The notes beneath the pieces were generated by a model, which worked only from the letters and a program-made list of their open reading frames with translations, was not told the DNA's origin and did not search any database. This document shows, in pieces, positions 12,789 through 40,551 of a stretch of 48,799 nucleotides of DNA. Each line of letters begins with the position of its first letter. The stretch's first letter is position 1. The stretch covers positions 1 to 48,799 of the forward strand of contig PS015046.1 in the NCBI GenBank assembly GCA_048213135.1, written 5' to 3'. Source of the DNA: Reclinomonas americana ATCC 50394 (taxonomy: Eukaryota). The translations under genes and the position numbers were made by a program.

Positions 12789-13912
12789 GCACGAACGAGT
12801 TCGGGCGATTGGCATGGACACACGGGGAGTCGTCCAGCGTCGAGTCGAAACCAGTCGCCGTGCAAGTCAACGGCGCCACCGAGATCTTCTTCACGACCTA
12901 CGACGACGCAGTGGAGGCGGTGACCGCGGAGAAGGGCCACGAGGCGCACAAGCCGTTTTACACCTCGTACATGATCCGCTCGTCGCCTGCGGTGCTCACG
13001 CAGGCCGACGGGGAGAGCGCCACGCTGTTTGTGCTCTCGGACGACGGCTTCTTCTATGCTGTCGATTGCGCCACGCTGAGCAAGAAGTGGGCGTTCAATA
13101 CCACGTCGCACAAGGGCTACTTTGCCAGCTCGTCGCCTGCGGTGTACGCCGACACGGCGCATTCGCTGGTGTACTTTGGTGCGATGGATGGGAGCGTGTA
13201 TGCGCTGCATGCCGCGGATGGAAGTGTGGCGTGGTCGTACCAGACGGAGGGGTATGTGTACGCGTCGCCGACGGTGACGGTGAGCGTGGCCACCAACCGA
13301 CCCGTCGTGGTCGTGGGCTCCGACGACGGCAACATCTATGCGCTTGACGGGTTGTCTGGCGACCTGCTGTGGTCGTTTGCCACGGGCGCCAATGTGCGCG
13401 GCTCCGCGGCGTTCTACACCCCCAGCAGCGGCAACAAGACGCTGGTGTACTACGGCTCCAACGACGGCAACCTGTACGCGCTGGATCTGGCCACGGGAAG
13501 CCAGGTGTTCAAGGTGGTCACCAAGGGCCCCGTGTACTCCACCGCAGCCGTCTACGAGTACAAGGGCAGCGCCGCCGTCAACGCCACCGTGTTCTTCGGC
13601 TCGTACGACAACAACGTGTACGCGTGCGATGCGCTGACGGGCCAGGTGCTGTGGACGGCAAACCTGCACGACATGGTGATTGCGTCGCCGGCACTGATCG
13701 GCGACGGCTCCTCGGTGACCGTGTACATTGGCGGCGAGAACCAGATTTTCTACGCGCTCTCCGGCAGCACCGGCCACGTGCTGTGGAGCTACGAGGTGAA
13801 CTCGCCCGTGTGGTCGACGGCGATCGTGGTGGACGTGCCGAATGAGGCAGGCCCGCTGCTGGTGTTCGGCTCGCAGGGTGGCGGCGTTTTTGCTCTCAAG
13901 TCGGCGGTGTGA
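12789..13912 (+). CDS. PQQ-like (BamB/AfsK-type) beta-propeller repeat protein; 5' end lies in a gap
   Basis: Uninterrupted ORF of about 370 codons with repeated blades such as VYFGAMDGSVYALHAADGSVAWSY, VVVGSDDGNIYALDGLSGDLLWSF, VYYGSNDGNLYALDLATG and VFFGSYDNNVYACDALTGQVLW. Confidence 0.88.
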
Positions 13913-14448
13913 GTGTGCGTGCCTCCCTCGGGCCAGCGCTCGATTAGGCTGTAGATCCACTTCTCACACCGCAAGCACAGTATAGAACTGGGTGAGCATT
14001 AAAGCTCATTTACAAGGCGATGGGAGGGAGGGGGGGAGAGGTGGAAGGCGAAGGGAGAGAGGGGAGGGAGCGTCTCTTTCGGGGAAGGGCAAGGACCGGT
14101 GGAAGGCGAAGGGAAGGTGGGGAGGGAGTGATCCCTTGTCAGGGCAAAGGACAGGGAGAGGGAGGTGGAGGTCGAAGGGGGGAGCGGAAGGAGCGTTCAC
14201 CATGTCTCTTTCGTTGGAGAGCAAGAAGAGACCATCAGTAGCTGCCCTGAGGCCCCAACAAAATTGGCGCTGACATGTACGGGGCCAACAGGGTCAGTTC
14301 CGCAGAATGGAAGCTCCAGCGCACACCTCGATTCAGGGCCGAGAATCCAACAAAGACAAGGCGCACTTCAGCTGTACATATCATACAATCCCTCCCTTCA
14401 CGCATGCGCTCTTGACTTGTTCTGGCACAGACATCCACAGCAACAACC

Positions 14449-14682
14449 GGCACTGTTGCATGTCCAGCCGGCATTCGGACGGTACTTGGGCACACAACAG
14501 CGCGTATCCCGTGGATTCGCATAACACACGTGCCCTGGAAGAGGTACGGGTGACACGAAGAGCACACACAAGGCACACACACATACACTCAGAAGTACAC
14601 ACCACACATCCAGTTGTCATTATCCAGTCGCCACGCCCGCTCTTCCTCGTTTTCTACGTCATCGTAGCGGTCCTCCGGGTGC
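14449..14682 (-). CDS. Two exons encoding a DUF5808-like motif (partial gene)
   Basis: Exons 14682-14603 and 14534-14449 splice in phase 1 (GTGTGT...CAG) to HPEDRYDDVENEEERAWRLDNDNWMCGHVCYANPRDTRCCVPKYRPNAGWTCNSA. This resembles my recollection of the DUF5808 consensus DxxWxxGxFYxNPxDxRLxVPKRxGxGWTxNFA. Confidence 0.55.
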
Positions 14683-15271
14683 CTGCCAGAGACAGCTTAC
14701 TCAGCGACACAACACACGCGCGCACACTCAGTCTCTCTCTCTCTCNNNNNNNNNNNNNNNNNNNNNNNNNNNNNNNNNNNNNNNNNNNNNNNNNNNNNNN
14801 NNNNNNNNNNNNNNNNNNNNNNNNNNNNNNNNNNNNNNNNNNNNNNNNNNNNNNNNNNNNNNNNNNNNNNNNNNNNNNNNNNNNNNNNNNNNNNNNNNNN
14901 NNNNNNNNNNNNNNNNNNNNNNNNNNNNNNNNNNNNNNNNNNNNNNNNNNNNNNNNNNNNNNNNNNNNNNNNNNNNNNNNNNNNNNNNNNNNNNNNNNNN
15001 NNNNNNNNNNNNNNNNNNNNNNNNNNNNNNNNNNNNNNNNNNNNNNNNNNNNNNNNNNNNNNNNNNNNNNNNNNNNNNNNNNNNNNNNNNNNNNNNNNNN
15101 NNNNNNNNNNNNNNNNNNNNNNNNNNNNNNNNNNNNNNNNNNNNNNNNNNNNNNNNNNNNNNNNNNNNNNNNNNNNNNNNNTAACCGTAACCCGTAACCG
15201 TAACCCGTACCGTAACCCGTACCGTTAACCGTAACCCGTACCCGTAACCCGTACCGTACCCGTACCCTACC

Positions 15272-15272
<1 letters not shown>

Positions 15273-15353
<81 letters not shown>
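15273..15353. repeat. (CT)n microsatellite
   Basis: Direct observation. Confidence 0.95.
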
Positions 15354-15358
<5 letters not shown>

Positions 15359-15905
15359 GACAACAGTCTCACCCTAGTGCGTTGCCCATTTGATTATAAA
15401 CACACTGCAGGTGCACACACGATCACGCTTGCTTGCCTCGAGCTCACAGTTGGCAAAGGAGGACCAAAGGATTGACTGCATGTCCGCCCAGCTGTGTCCC
15501 GTTTGCAAAAGCAGCTGCTGAAGTGCACAGCTGCGTACAGCGGAGCAGGAGTGTAGAGGGAGGGAGGGAGCAAGTGCGTGCATGCAGACAGAGACGTGCT
15601 GGATCGGGCAAGCAGATCGCCGTCGACGTCGGGTAATATCAGCTGCTCGGCGATCCAGAGAGCGGCAAAGGGATCGCATCAAGCTGGCAGTTTAAAGGTG
15701 GGATGCAATACATGCACGTTCATCTGCACTACAAGTTCTCGACAATCCGACAGCTCGCTGTGAGCCTTTTACGTTCGACATATCGCCTGCAACGTTCACT
15801 CGTCCCACACACGTCCCAACGGTCAATTTGTCAACGAAAGTCGGCAGACAGAGAGGGAGAGCGTGTGCTCTTCTCTCTGTCTCTCTCTCTTTCACACAGT
15901 GCACA

Positions 15906-32379
<16,474 letters not shown>

Positions 32380-32549
32380 TCAACATCAATCCGCTTTTTT
32401 CTTTAGTTTTTAATGGGCAACTGTACATTGCAATCGACGTGTTTCTTTTTCTCGTAACAATCTCCAAAACAAAACTCACATGTGTTCTTTGAGGCTTCGC
32501 ACCACTCACCACCTCAAGCCCATCCATCCATCCGCTCTATCCCACCAAA

Positions 32550-34009
32550 TCACTTGCTCGCCTCACCCGCGGCCTCGTCTGCCTGATCGGCCTCCAAGCC
32601 CGCACTGCCCATGACTTCAATGGTGTCCGAGTCGATGATGCGCACCTGCGGCTCCCCAGCAGCCCCCTCCTGTTCCTCTGCCTGCAAGCCAGGCAGGTGC
32701 TCCTCCAAGTCAGCACGGATTCCTCGCGCCACCGTCTCGACGCGGATGGCACGGTACTTGCGCAGCGGTCCCCAGAAGAGCGCTGCGCCGAGGTAGGGAC
32801 TGTCGGGCGGCCATCAGCGAGAACCGATCAGCAAAGAAAAGTATGACACGAGCGCGACGCAACACGGTCTTCTGGGAGACCCACTCGACGATACGTCTGT
32901 CCTCGCGCTCGGCCAGCAGGAGCGAGGGTCGGAAAATTGACAGGTGGGGGAAGTGCAGCATGGTGAGATCGCGCTCCGTCTCGCCCTTGCTTCGCGGGTA
33001 CAGGAACCAGGAGTCGGCGTTGGCGCCGAGAGANNNNNNNNNNNNNNNNNNNNNNNNNNNNNNNNNNNNNNNNNNNNNNNNNNNNNNNNNNNNNNNNNNN
33101 NNNNNNNNNNNNNNNNNNNNNNNNNNNNNNNNNNNNNNNNNNNNNNNNNNNNNNNNNNNNNNNNNNNNNNNNNNNNNNNNNNNNNNNNNNNNNNNNNNNN
33201 NNNNNNNNNNNNNNNNNNNNNNNNNNNNNNNNNNNNNNNNNNNNNNNNNNNNNNNNNNNNNNNNNNNNNNNNNNNNNNNNNNNNNNNNNNNNNNNNNNNN
33301 NNNNNNNNNNNNNNNNNNNNNNNNNNNNNNNNNNNNNNNNNNNNNNNNNNNNNNNNNNNNNNNNNNNNNNNNNNNNNNNNNNNNNNNNNNNNNNNNNNNN
33401 NNNNNNNNNNNNNNNNNNNNNNNNNNNNNNNNNNNNNNNNNNNNNNNNNNNNNNNNNNNNNNNNNNNNNNNNNNNNNNNNNNNNNNNNNNNNNNNNNNNN
33501 NNNNNNNNNNNNNNNNNNNNNNNNNNNNNNNNNNNNNNNNNNNNNNNNNNNNNNNNNNNNNNNNNNNNNNNNNNNNNNNNNNNTGTGTGTCCTCTCCAGC
33601 TTCCGTACATCGTGATCTTCATTTCCTATCAATCTCTGTCTCTCTCTCTCTCTCTCAATCACACACACCTGATCCCAACACAGGCCGCCTTCCCAGCGTC
33701 GTCACATGCGCACATCGAGGCGCACTGAGCATATCCATGACCACTTGCTGTGAAACAAACAGAGAAGCACATTAAGAAAGAGAGAGAATCACACCGAAAC
33801 AAGGATGAGGAGTGATAGAGACAGAGAGCGCGTTGAAGGTGTGTGTGTGAGAGAGAGAGGCTGAGCGAGGAGAGCAAGAGAGAAGAAGAGACTGACTCAT
33901 ATTAATGAGAGAATCATATGACCTTTCCGGTCGCGCCTGTTGCGCCTAACACCAGCACATTGTAGCCCGCCGGAGCTCCAGCAGCGGCAGCAGCAGCAGC
34001 AGCAGCCAT
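32550..34009 (-). CDS. HTATIP2: HTATIP2/TIP30 (CC3)-like atypical short-chain dehydrogenase/NAD(P)-binding protein
   Basis: N-terminal Rossmann motif VLVLGATGATGK, then VTTLGRRP. After the gap: GANADSWFLYPRSKGETERDLTMLHFPHLSIFRPSLLLAEREDRRIVEW and GPLRKYRAIRVETVARGI, all characteristic of the TIP30/YraR family. Confidence 0.82.
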
Positions 34010-34462
34010 TGCGTGTGAGTGAGAGTGAGAGTGAGAGAGTGAGAGAGAACGCGCGGGAAATTGAGGAGTGACATGATTTGTCGGGTTTGTCGCGTTTTTC
34101 TCCGTGTGTGTGGGGTGAGGAGTGCGCTGTGAGAGTGAGTGTGTGTGTGTGAGAGAGAGAGTGAGTGAGTGTGTGTGTGTGAGAGAGAGAATGAGCGAGA
34201 GAGAGATGCGAGAGATGCAATATGCGCATGTGTGCGTGTGCGCGCGTGAGAGAGAGAGAGAGGAGGGACAGNNNNNNNNNNNNNNNNNNNNNNNNNNNNN
34301 NNNNNNNNNNNNNNNNNNNNNNNNNNNNNNNNNNNNNNNNNNNNNNNNNNNNNNNNNNNNNNNNNNNNNNNNNNNNNNNNNNNNNNNNNNNNNNNNNNNN
34401 NNNNNNNNNNNNNNNNNNNNNNNNNNNNNNNNNNNNNNNNNNNNNNNNNNNNNNNNNNNNNN

Positions 34463-34545
<83 letters not shown>
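34463..34545. repeat. (TC)n microsatellite in the divergent HTATIP2/PPME1 intergenic region
   Basis: Direct observation. Confidence 0.95.
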
Positions 34546-34548
<3 letters not shown>

Positions 34549-34644
34549 CCATGCACGCATCGCGATAGATTCACCAAGAATAGCATTGTGGAGACAACTC
34601 CCCTTCCCTCTCATTCTCACACTCTCTGCCTCTTTCGCTCAGAC

Positions 34645-37428
34645 ATGGATCGACTTTCCTCACTGAGAGGTGGCAGTGGAGGAGGCAGCGGATTGCCTCC
34701 GCGTGGACCTGGCGGTGGAATGCCGCCTCCTGCATCGCGAATCATGGGAGCCACGGGAGCGGCAAGAGCGTTGGGATCGGCAGCTGCGAGTGCTGCGGGC
34801 GGTGAATGGACGCACAGAGAAACGCAGAGGGATGAATGGCGTCCGTCTTTCGTGCTGCGCTTTCATATCTACAGTCTCTGTGTCTTTCCTTCTTCTCATG
34901 CAGAGGCGGGAAGAATGGCATCGGTCTTCGTGCTGCTCTTTCATATCAACAGTCTCTGTGTCTTTCCTTCTTCTCATGCAGAGGCGGGAAGAATGGCGTC
35001 GGTCTTTCGTGCTGCCCTCTGTTGCCAACAGTCTCTGCGTCTTTCCTTCTTCTCATGCAGAGGCGGGAGTCTTCGTGCCGCTCTTTCATATCAACAGTCT
35101 CTGTGTCGTTCCTCTTCTCATGCAGAGGCGGGAAGAATGGCGTCGGTCTTTCGTGCTGCCCNNNNNNNNNNNNNNNNNNNNNNNNNNNNNNNNNNNNNNN
35201 NNNNNNNNNNNNNNNNNNNNNNNNNNNNNNNNNNNNNNNNNNNNNNNNNNNNNNNNNNNNNNNNNNNNNNNNNNNNNNNNNNNNNNNNNNNNNNNNNNNN
35301 NNNNNNNNNNNNNNNNNNCCTTCTTATGCCACCAGTCTCTGTGTCTTTGCTCTTCTCATGCAGAGGCGGGAAGAATGGCGTCGGTCTTTCGTGCTGCTCT
35401 TTGATGTCAACAGACTCTGCGTCTTTCCTCCGTCTCATGCAGAGGCGTGAAGGAAGCCATCTGTCATTCGTGCTGCTCTTTGATGTCAACAGAGAAAGCC
35501 AGCGATGCAGATGTTCTCTTCCGTCTCCGTCTCACCTCTTCCTCCACTGAGAAATGGCATTGGTCGTTCGTGTTCTTTCATATCGACAGCGAATGTGGTG
35601 ATGCACGTTTGTTTGATTGCTCTTCGCCTGCGTTGTTTGCCTCAGAGATCGCGTCGGTGCGCCGCTTTACATGTCTTCTCTTATGTTTCACGTGCCCAAA
35701 GAGCATGTTGTTCACTCTTCTCAGCGCTTCTCGCTACGCCTCTGTGGCGTTTGAACTCCCTTCCCCATTTCTCCTGTTCCTCAAGGTTTCTCTCCCTTAA
35801 TACTCATCCCTTGCTGCGCCACAGGCGACGACCCCTCCGTGGAGGACGCCTCCGACCAGTGGAGCGAGTATTTCGACACACGAGAGCACGTGACACTGAC
35901 CTCGCGCAACCTCGAGTGCCTCGTGTATCGCGCCAGTCCGCGGAAACAAGAGGCTGCCGAAGGGGAAGAAAAGGGCGATGCCGACGACACGCGACCACCG
36001 ATTCTCCTGCTGCTGCATGGCGGTGGACACACGTCTCTGTCGTGGGCTTTTGCGGCAGTTTCGTCTGCGGGCGAGCTCAATCTCTCTCTCTCTCTCTTCT
36101 CTATTACTGACTTGCAGACCCTTGCAGCGTCACATTCGCGGTCGATGCCCGCTGCTGGCGTTTGATTTCCGTGGGCACGGTTCGCACCACTCCCTTGCTT
36201 GCCACCGCCTCTCTCTTCTCACTACTCGCTCAGGTGGCACCCGTCTCATCGACGCCGACCACGCACTCGATGAGAGCGTGCTCTCCGCCGAGAACCTCGT
36301 GCACGACACGGCGGCGGTGTTGAAGGCCGTATTCGGAGACGACATGCCGCCCGTGGTGGTCGCCGGTCACAGGTACCACTGCCTGGCTTTCCTTGCATTT
36401 TCCCCCCTCCTGACATTCCGTGTGCGCGCACGCATAGTCTGGGCGGAGCCATTGCCATTCGCCTGGCGCACGCCATCGAGTCCAACATCCTCGAGGCAGA
36501 CTACGGTCTCCGACGCCAGCACCTCGCCGGCCTGGTGGTCGTCGATGTGGTCGAAGGCACGGCGATGGCCTCGCTGTCGCACATGAGTGCCGTGCTGGCC
36601 AATCGGCCGCCCGAGTTTGCGTCGCTGCGCAAGGCCATTGCCTGGGCGTTGCGTTTATGTGTGAGAGAGCAAGGATTATCAACCACTGCACTGCGTCCTC
36701 ATGTTTTTTCTCTTCTCCGCGCAGTGTCAAGACGAACCAAGTGCGCAACAAAAAGAGCGCCCAGTTGTCGGTCCCGCCGCAGCTGAAGCAGGATGAGCGC
36801 GGCGTGTGGGTGTGGCGCACGGATCTGGCGGCCACCGAGCCGTACTGGAAGGGTGAGTCGTGTCTTGAAAGAAGGGAGCAGGAGGATTCCGTACTAACGC
36901 TATTTTTTGCCGCAGGCTGGTTCCAGGGCCTCTCTGAACTCTTCCTGGGCATCCACTGCCCGAAACTGCTGCTCGTCGCCGGCACCGATCGCCTGGACCG
37001 ACCTCTCACCATTGCACAGATGCAAGTTGTGCATCGTCACATCCCTCATTCTTATTCTCTCTGTCTTCTTGTCCTCAACCACCGCGTCGCAGGGCAAGTT
37101 CCAAATGTCCCTCATCTACGGCACGGGCCACGTGGTGATGGAGGACGAGCCGGAGAAGACCGCCGAGCACGTTTTGCAATACATGGAGCGGCAGAACATC
37201 ATTCCGCACGATCCAAGTGCGGCGCCGATTGCGGGCGCGGTGGGTCCGAACCCCTTTGCGGCGGGAATGCACCCCGGCATCATGACTGGCATGCACCCGG
37301 GCTTGGGAGCAGGGGGCGTACATCCGGGTGTCGGTGGCATGTTCCCGTTTGGAGTGCCTCACGGTGCGCCCGGTGCATTCCCTCCGCCGACGGGTGGACC
37401 CGGCCAAAGGCCACCACCACCTCCTTGA
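34645..37428 (+). CDS. PPME1: Protein phosphatase methylesterase 1 (PME-1), alpha/beta hydrolase, about 8 exons
   Basis: Spliced motifs WSEYFD, LLLHGGGHTSLSWA, AFDFRGHG, VAGHSLGGAIA (nucleophile elbow split by an intron), VVVDVVEGTAM, WRTDLAATEPYWKGWFQGLS, KLLLVAGTDRLDRPLTIAQMQGKFQM and GHVVMEDEP. Confidence 0.95.
34825..35490. repeat. Minisatellite of about 78 bp inside PPME1 intron 1
   Basis: Unit CAGAGGCGGGAAGAATGGCGTCGGTCTTTCGTGCTGCTCTTTCATATCAACAGTCTCTGTGTCTTTCCTTCTTCTCATG. Unit starts at 34901, 34979, 35058, 35123, 35361 and 35440; interrupted by a gap. Confidence 0.9.
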
Positions 37429-37513
37429 CACTCTCACCTTCGTCGTCACTCGCGAAAATGAATGGACACGAGCGAAGTGTGTAACACAGCTGTGATTATG
37501 TGTACATGCAGAC

Positions 37514-40383
37514 TCATAATGCCAGGTCGTCGTCACCAATATCGTCGAAATCCGGCGGTCTCGGACGCTGCGGCGACGACGATGGTATTGTCCAATCGGT
37601 GTCGGCCAGTTGCGTAGACGACAGCATGGCGGGTGTGCGATCGGCCACCGAGAAGAGTGGATTTGATTCGCTGGCCATCTGCGAAAGGAAAGTGAGGATG
37701 CTTGAAGACAAAGTGAGTGTGTGCAAGAGAGAGCGAAGGGCAGAACGCAACTGACTTGGCCATGTCGAGGAACAGCTCCGTGTCGTCTTGGGTTTTGCAG
37801 AAGAAGCAGAGGGCGAGACTCGAGGAGATTTCGCGAACCGGCAGCATACGAATGGTGTTGGTGTGGAAGGTCTGGTGAGGGGGAGAGGATGAGGAAAAGG
37901 GAGGGGGAGGAGAAGGAGAAGGGGAAGGGGAGGGGAAGGAGAAGGGGAAAGGAAGAAGGGGAAGCAGAACAGCAAGGAGGAAAGAGAGTCGTAAAGCAAG
38001 CAAAGAAACAACCACAACAATACAATATCAACAACAATAGAACGAAGCAAGATAACACAACTTCGGAGGACGACAGAGAAGAACTATGAGGAAACGGAGA
38101 AGAGAGCGTGCGACCAGCAACAATAGCAATGAAGCGAAAAACAAGAAGACGATCAGGAAGAACGCCAACAAAAAACGATGCCGAGGACGAAAACAACAAT
38201 GCGGAGAAAGGGGGAAGAAAGCAAGAAAGATCAACAACACCAACAATCAGCAACAGAAACCCGGAAGCGGAAGAAGATGAAGAGAAGGGTGAAGAACAGA
38301 AGAACAAGAACCGTTGGAGGAAACAAGAGCAACAATGAAGACAACACGTACAACAGAAGAAGGAAAATCAAGGGCATGTGCAGGAGAGGACGAAGATGAC
38401 CCAGGGAAGCTGCATACTGAGAGAGCGAACACAGCGAGATAGAACAAGTCCTGAGAGACATATCCGCGCGAGATCGAACACACATGCACACTCATGCACA
38501 CACACACACATGCACACTCATGCACACACACATACACACACACACACACGCGCACACGCACACACTCAAGAAGGAGACGGGAACGTCCACAAAGCTAACA
38601 ACACTCACCGCCACCGACTGCTGCGGGTTTACCGTGTTCTGCGTGTAGTGAGGATCCAGGTAGAGCAGGTTGTCATCCTGCGCACCGTAGAAGAACAGCG
38701 AGGCTCGCGGCCGTCCACCAGCAATACCAGCAAACATGGGCAAATGGAAGATGCGCAGCAGCGATTCCACATACAGCGGGTTGATGTAGTTGTCGAGACC
38801 GAGGCGAAGTGGGATCATAATGAGCACCGGGCGGAAGATTGCATGTCTCTGCAGCGACAGACAGGCAGACAATCAGAGCCACATAGGAAGAGAAGCGGCA
38901 CGCGCTCCAGTTAGCCACTCTCACCGGCATCGACGATGACGCAGAAATAACACACTGACAAGAGTGCCACTTTCTCTTCCCTCCCCGTTCTCCATCCCTT
39001 TCCCTTCCCCCTTCCTCATCCACGCAACTCCCAAATGCACACCACCATCATCATCCTCACGGTGCGCCGACCCCGCACCCGGCGCACAACCGGAGAAATC
39101 GTCCAGATAGATCTCCTCCCACGAACCCGCCGAACTGGTGCGCTCCAGCGGCTGGCGCAAGGGTCGCGAGCTCACCACCAGCATGTCGCCCTCTTCGACT
39201 GCTGAGATGGCCGAGGCTTGCAATCCTTCGCGATCACAAGAACTCTCACGTTCAGCAGAGTACCACCGCGTGGGCGACTCGCTCTCCCCAAGCACTGCAC
39301 CTCTATCGCCTGTGCGACGACGCCCGTCATCGAGGTCGACTTCGTCACTCGCCGACGGCAACTCGGGTGCGCTGGCCATGCGGGTGAGAGCCGATCCACT
39401 GCCGCTGGCGCCACCCGCAGCTGCACTCGCACCACCCGTGCCCATGCCAATGCCACCGTCGTCGTCGGCCAAGCGAACCGAGCGCTGGTGCGGCACTCGG
39501 AAGGAAGGGCCGCGGCCGTCGGGAATCGTCACGGTCAGGCCGAGAATGTCGACCGCAGACCGCATGACGGCGCTCACGACACTGCCACTACCACCAGACG
39601 ACTCACGCATCGCGTATAGTCTCGATTCGGAGCCGCCGAGCGCGGTGCTGAGCGGGGGAGGTTCGGAGTCGTCGAGAAAGGACGATAATGGTGGCTGCAG
39701 GCTGCGTGAGCGGGGCGAACAAGGATGACAGCCACAGCACCACGCACCGTCATGCTGGCCGACACTCGAGTAAACTCCTCCAGCATGCGCTTTCGTTCGG
39801 GTGGTTGTGTGTCGGGATCGGCCGCGGTCGTGCAACGTGCCACCAACTGATCAATGTACACGGTGTGATCTTCGACGACGAAGCAGCACATGTCGGTGCT
39901 CGCGTAGGGTGCCGCCGCGTGCAGCATCATCAGCAGTCTACTCGGTCACACAAGAGGGCGGGTGAGGCAACAGCTGTGCTGCGAATGTGTGAATGGAGTG
40001 GCGACGCAACTCTGCCGCTCGGGCCGCCGTGTTTGGCCCGACCCACTCGCCGACGCGAATGCCCAGCGGGAACTCGCAGATCACGGCCATGCGATGAATC
40101 GAGTATGGTTGCTCCGGGTCGTGGTCGGCGAACCAGCTGAGGATGCGCAGTTCGTCTGGGCTGGGACGGCCAAGGGTGGTCCTCCAGTCTGGGCAACAGA
40201 CAGTCAGCAAACGGGGGGTAAGGCGCGAGAGACTGGGTACACGAACGAACCTCTGCCCAGCATGTGCAGGCGAAAGGCGTTGGCGAGTACCATCTGCATC
40301 GTGCGCAGCATGCAGCCCCAGCCGGCGTCGCTGGTGAGGCTGCGGGCGGGAGGGATGGCCGGGAAGCGCTTGCGGTAGGAGAA
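37514..40383 (-). CDS. ATG4: Autophagy cysteine protease ATG4 (peptidase C54); 5' exons lie in or beyond a gap
   Basis: FSYRKRFPAI...TSDAGWGCMLRTMQMVLANA (catalytic Cys), WFAD...PYSIHRM, VGEWVGPNTAA, VLIMIPLRLGL, GIAGGRPRASLFFYGAQDDNLLYLDPHYTQ (catalytic Asp/His). Stop at 37514-37516. Confidence 0.95.
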
Positions 40384-40500
40384 CTGGGGAGGGCAGGGGA
40401 AGGGGGATAAAGGGAAAGGGGGGAAATGAGAGAGGGAAAGGGGGGGGAGAGGGAGAATAAGATGAACAGTACCAGCAGAGACATCCGACAATAAGAATGC

Positions 40501-40551
<51 letters not shown>

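Noticed and set aside
12239-13960. 573-aa minus-strand ORF
   Set aside because: Antisense shadow of the GC3-rich PQQ-repeat CDS.
15182-15272. Telomere-like TAACC(C)G repeats
   Set aside because: Irregular, gap-adjacent and cycling through T-A-C-G with variable homopolymer lengths, which is typical of pyrosequencing flow noise after a microsatellite. Not a credible interstitial telomere.
34825-35490. CRISPR-like array
   Set aside because: The units are wholly repeated with no unique spacers, lie in a eukaryotic intron, and have no cas genes nearby.
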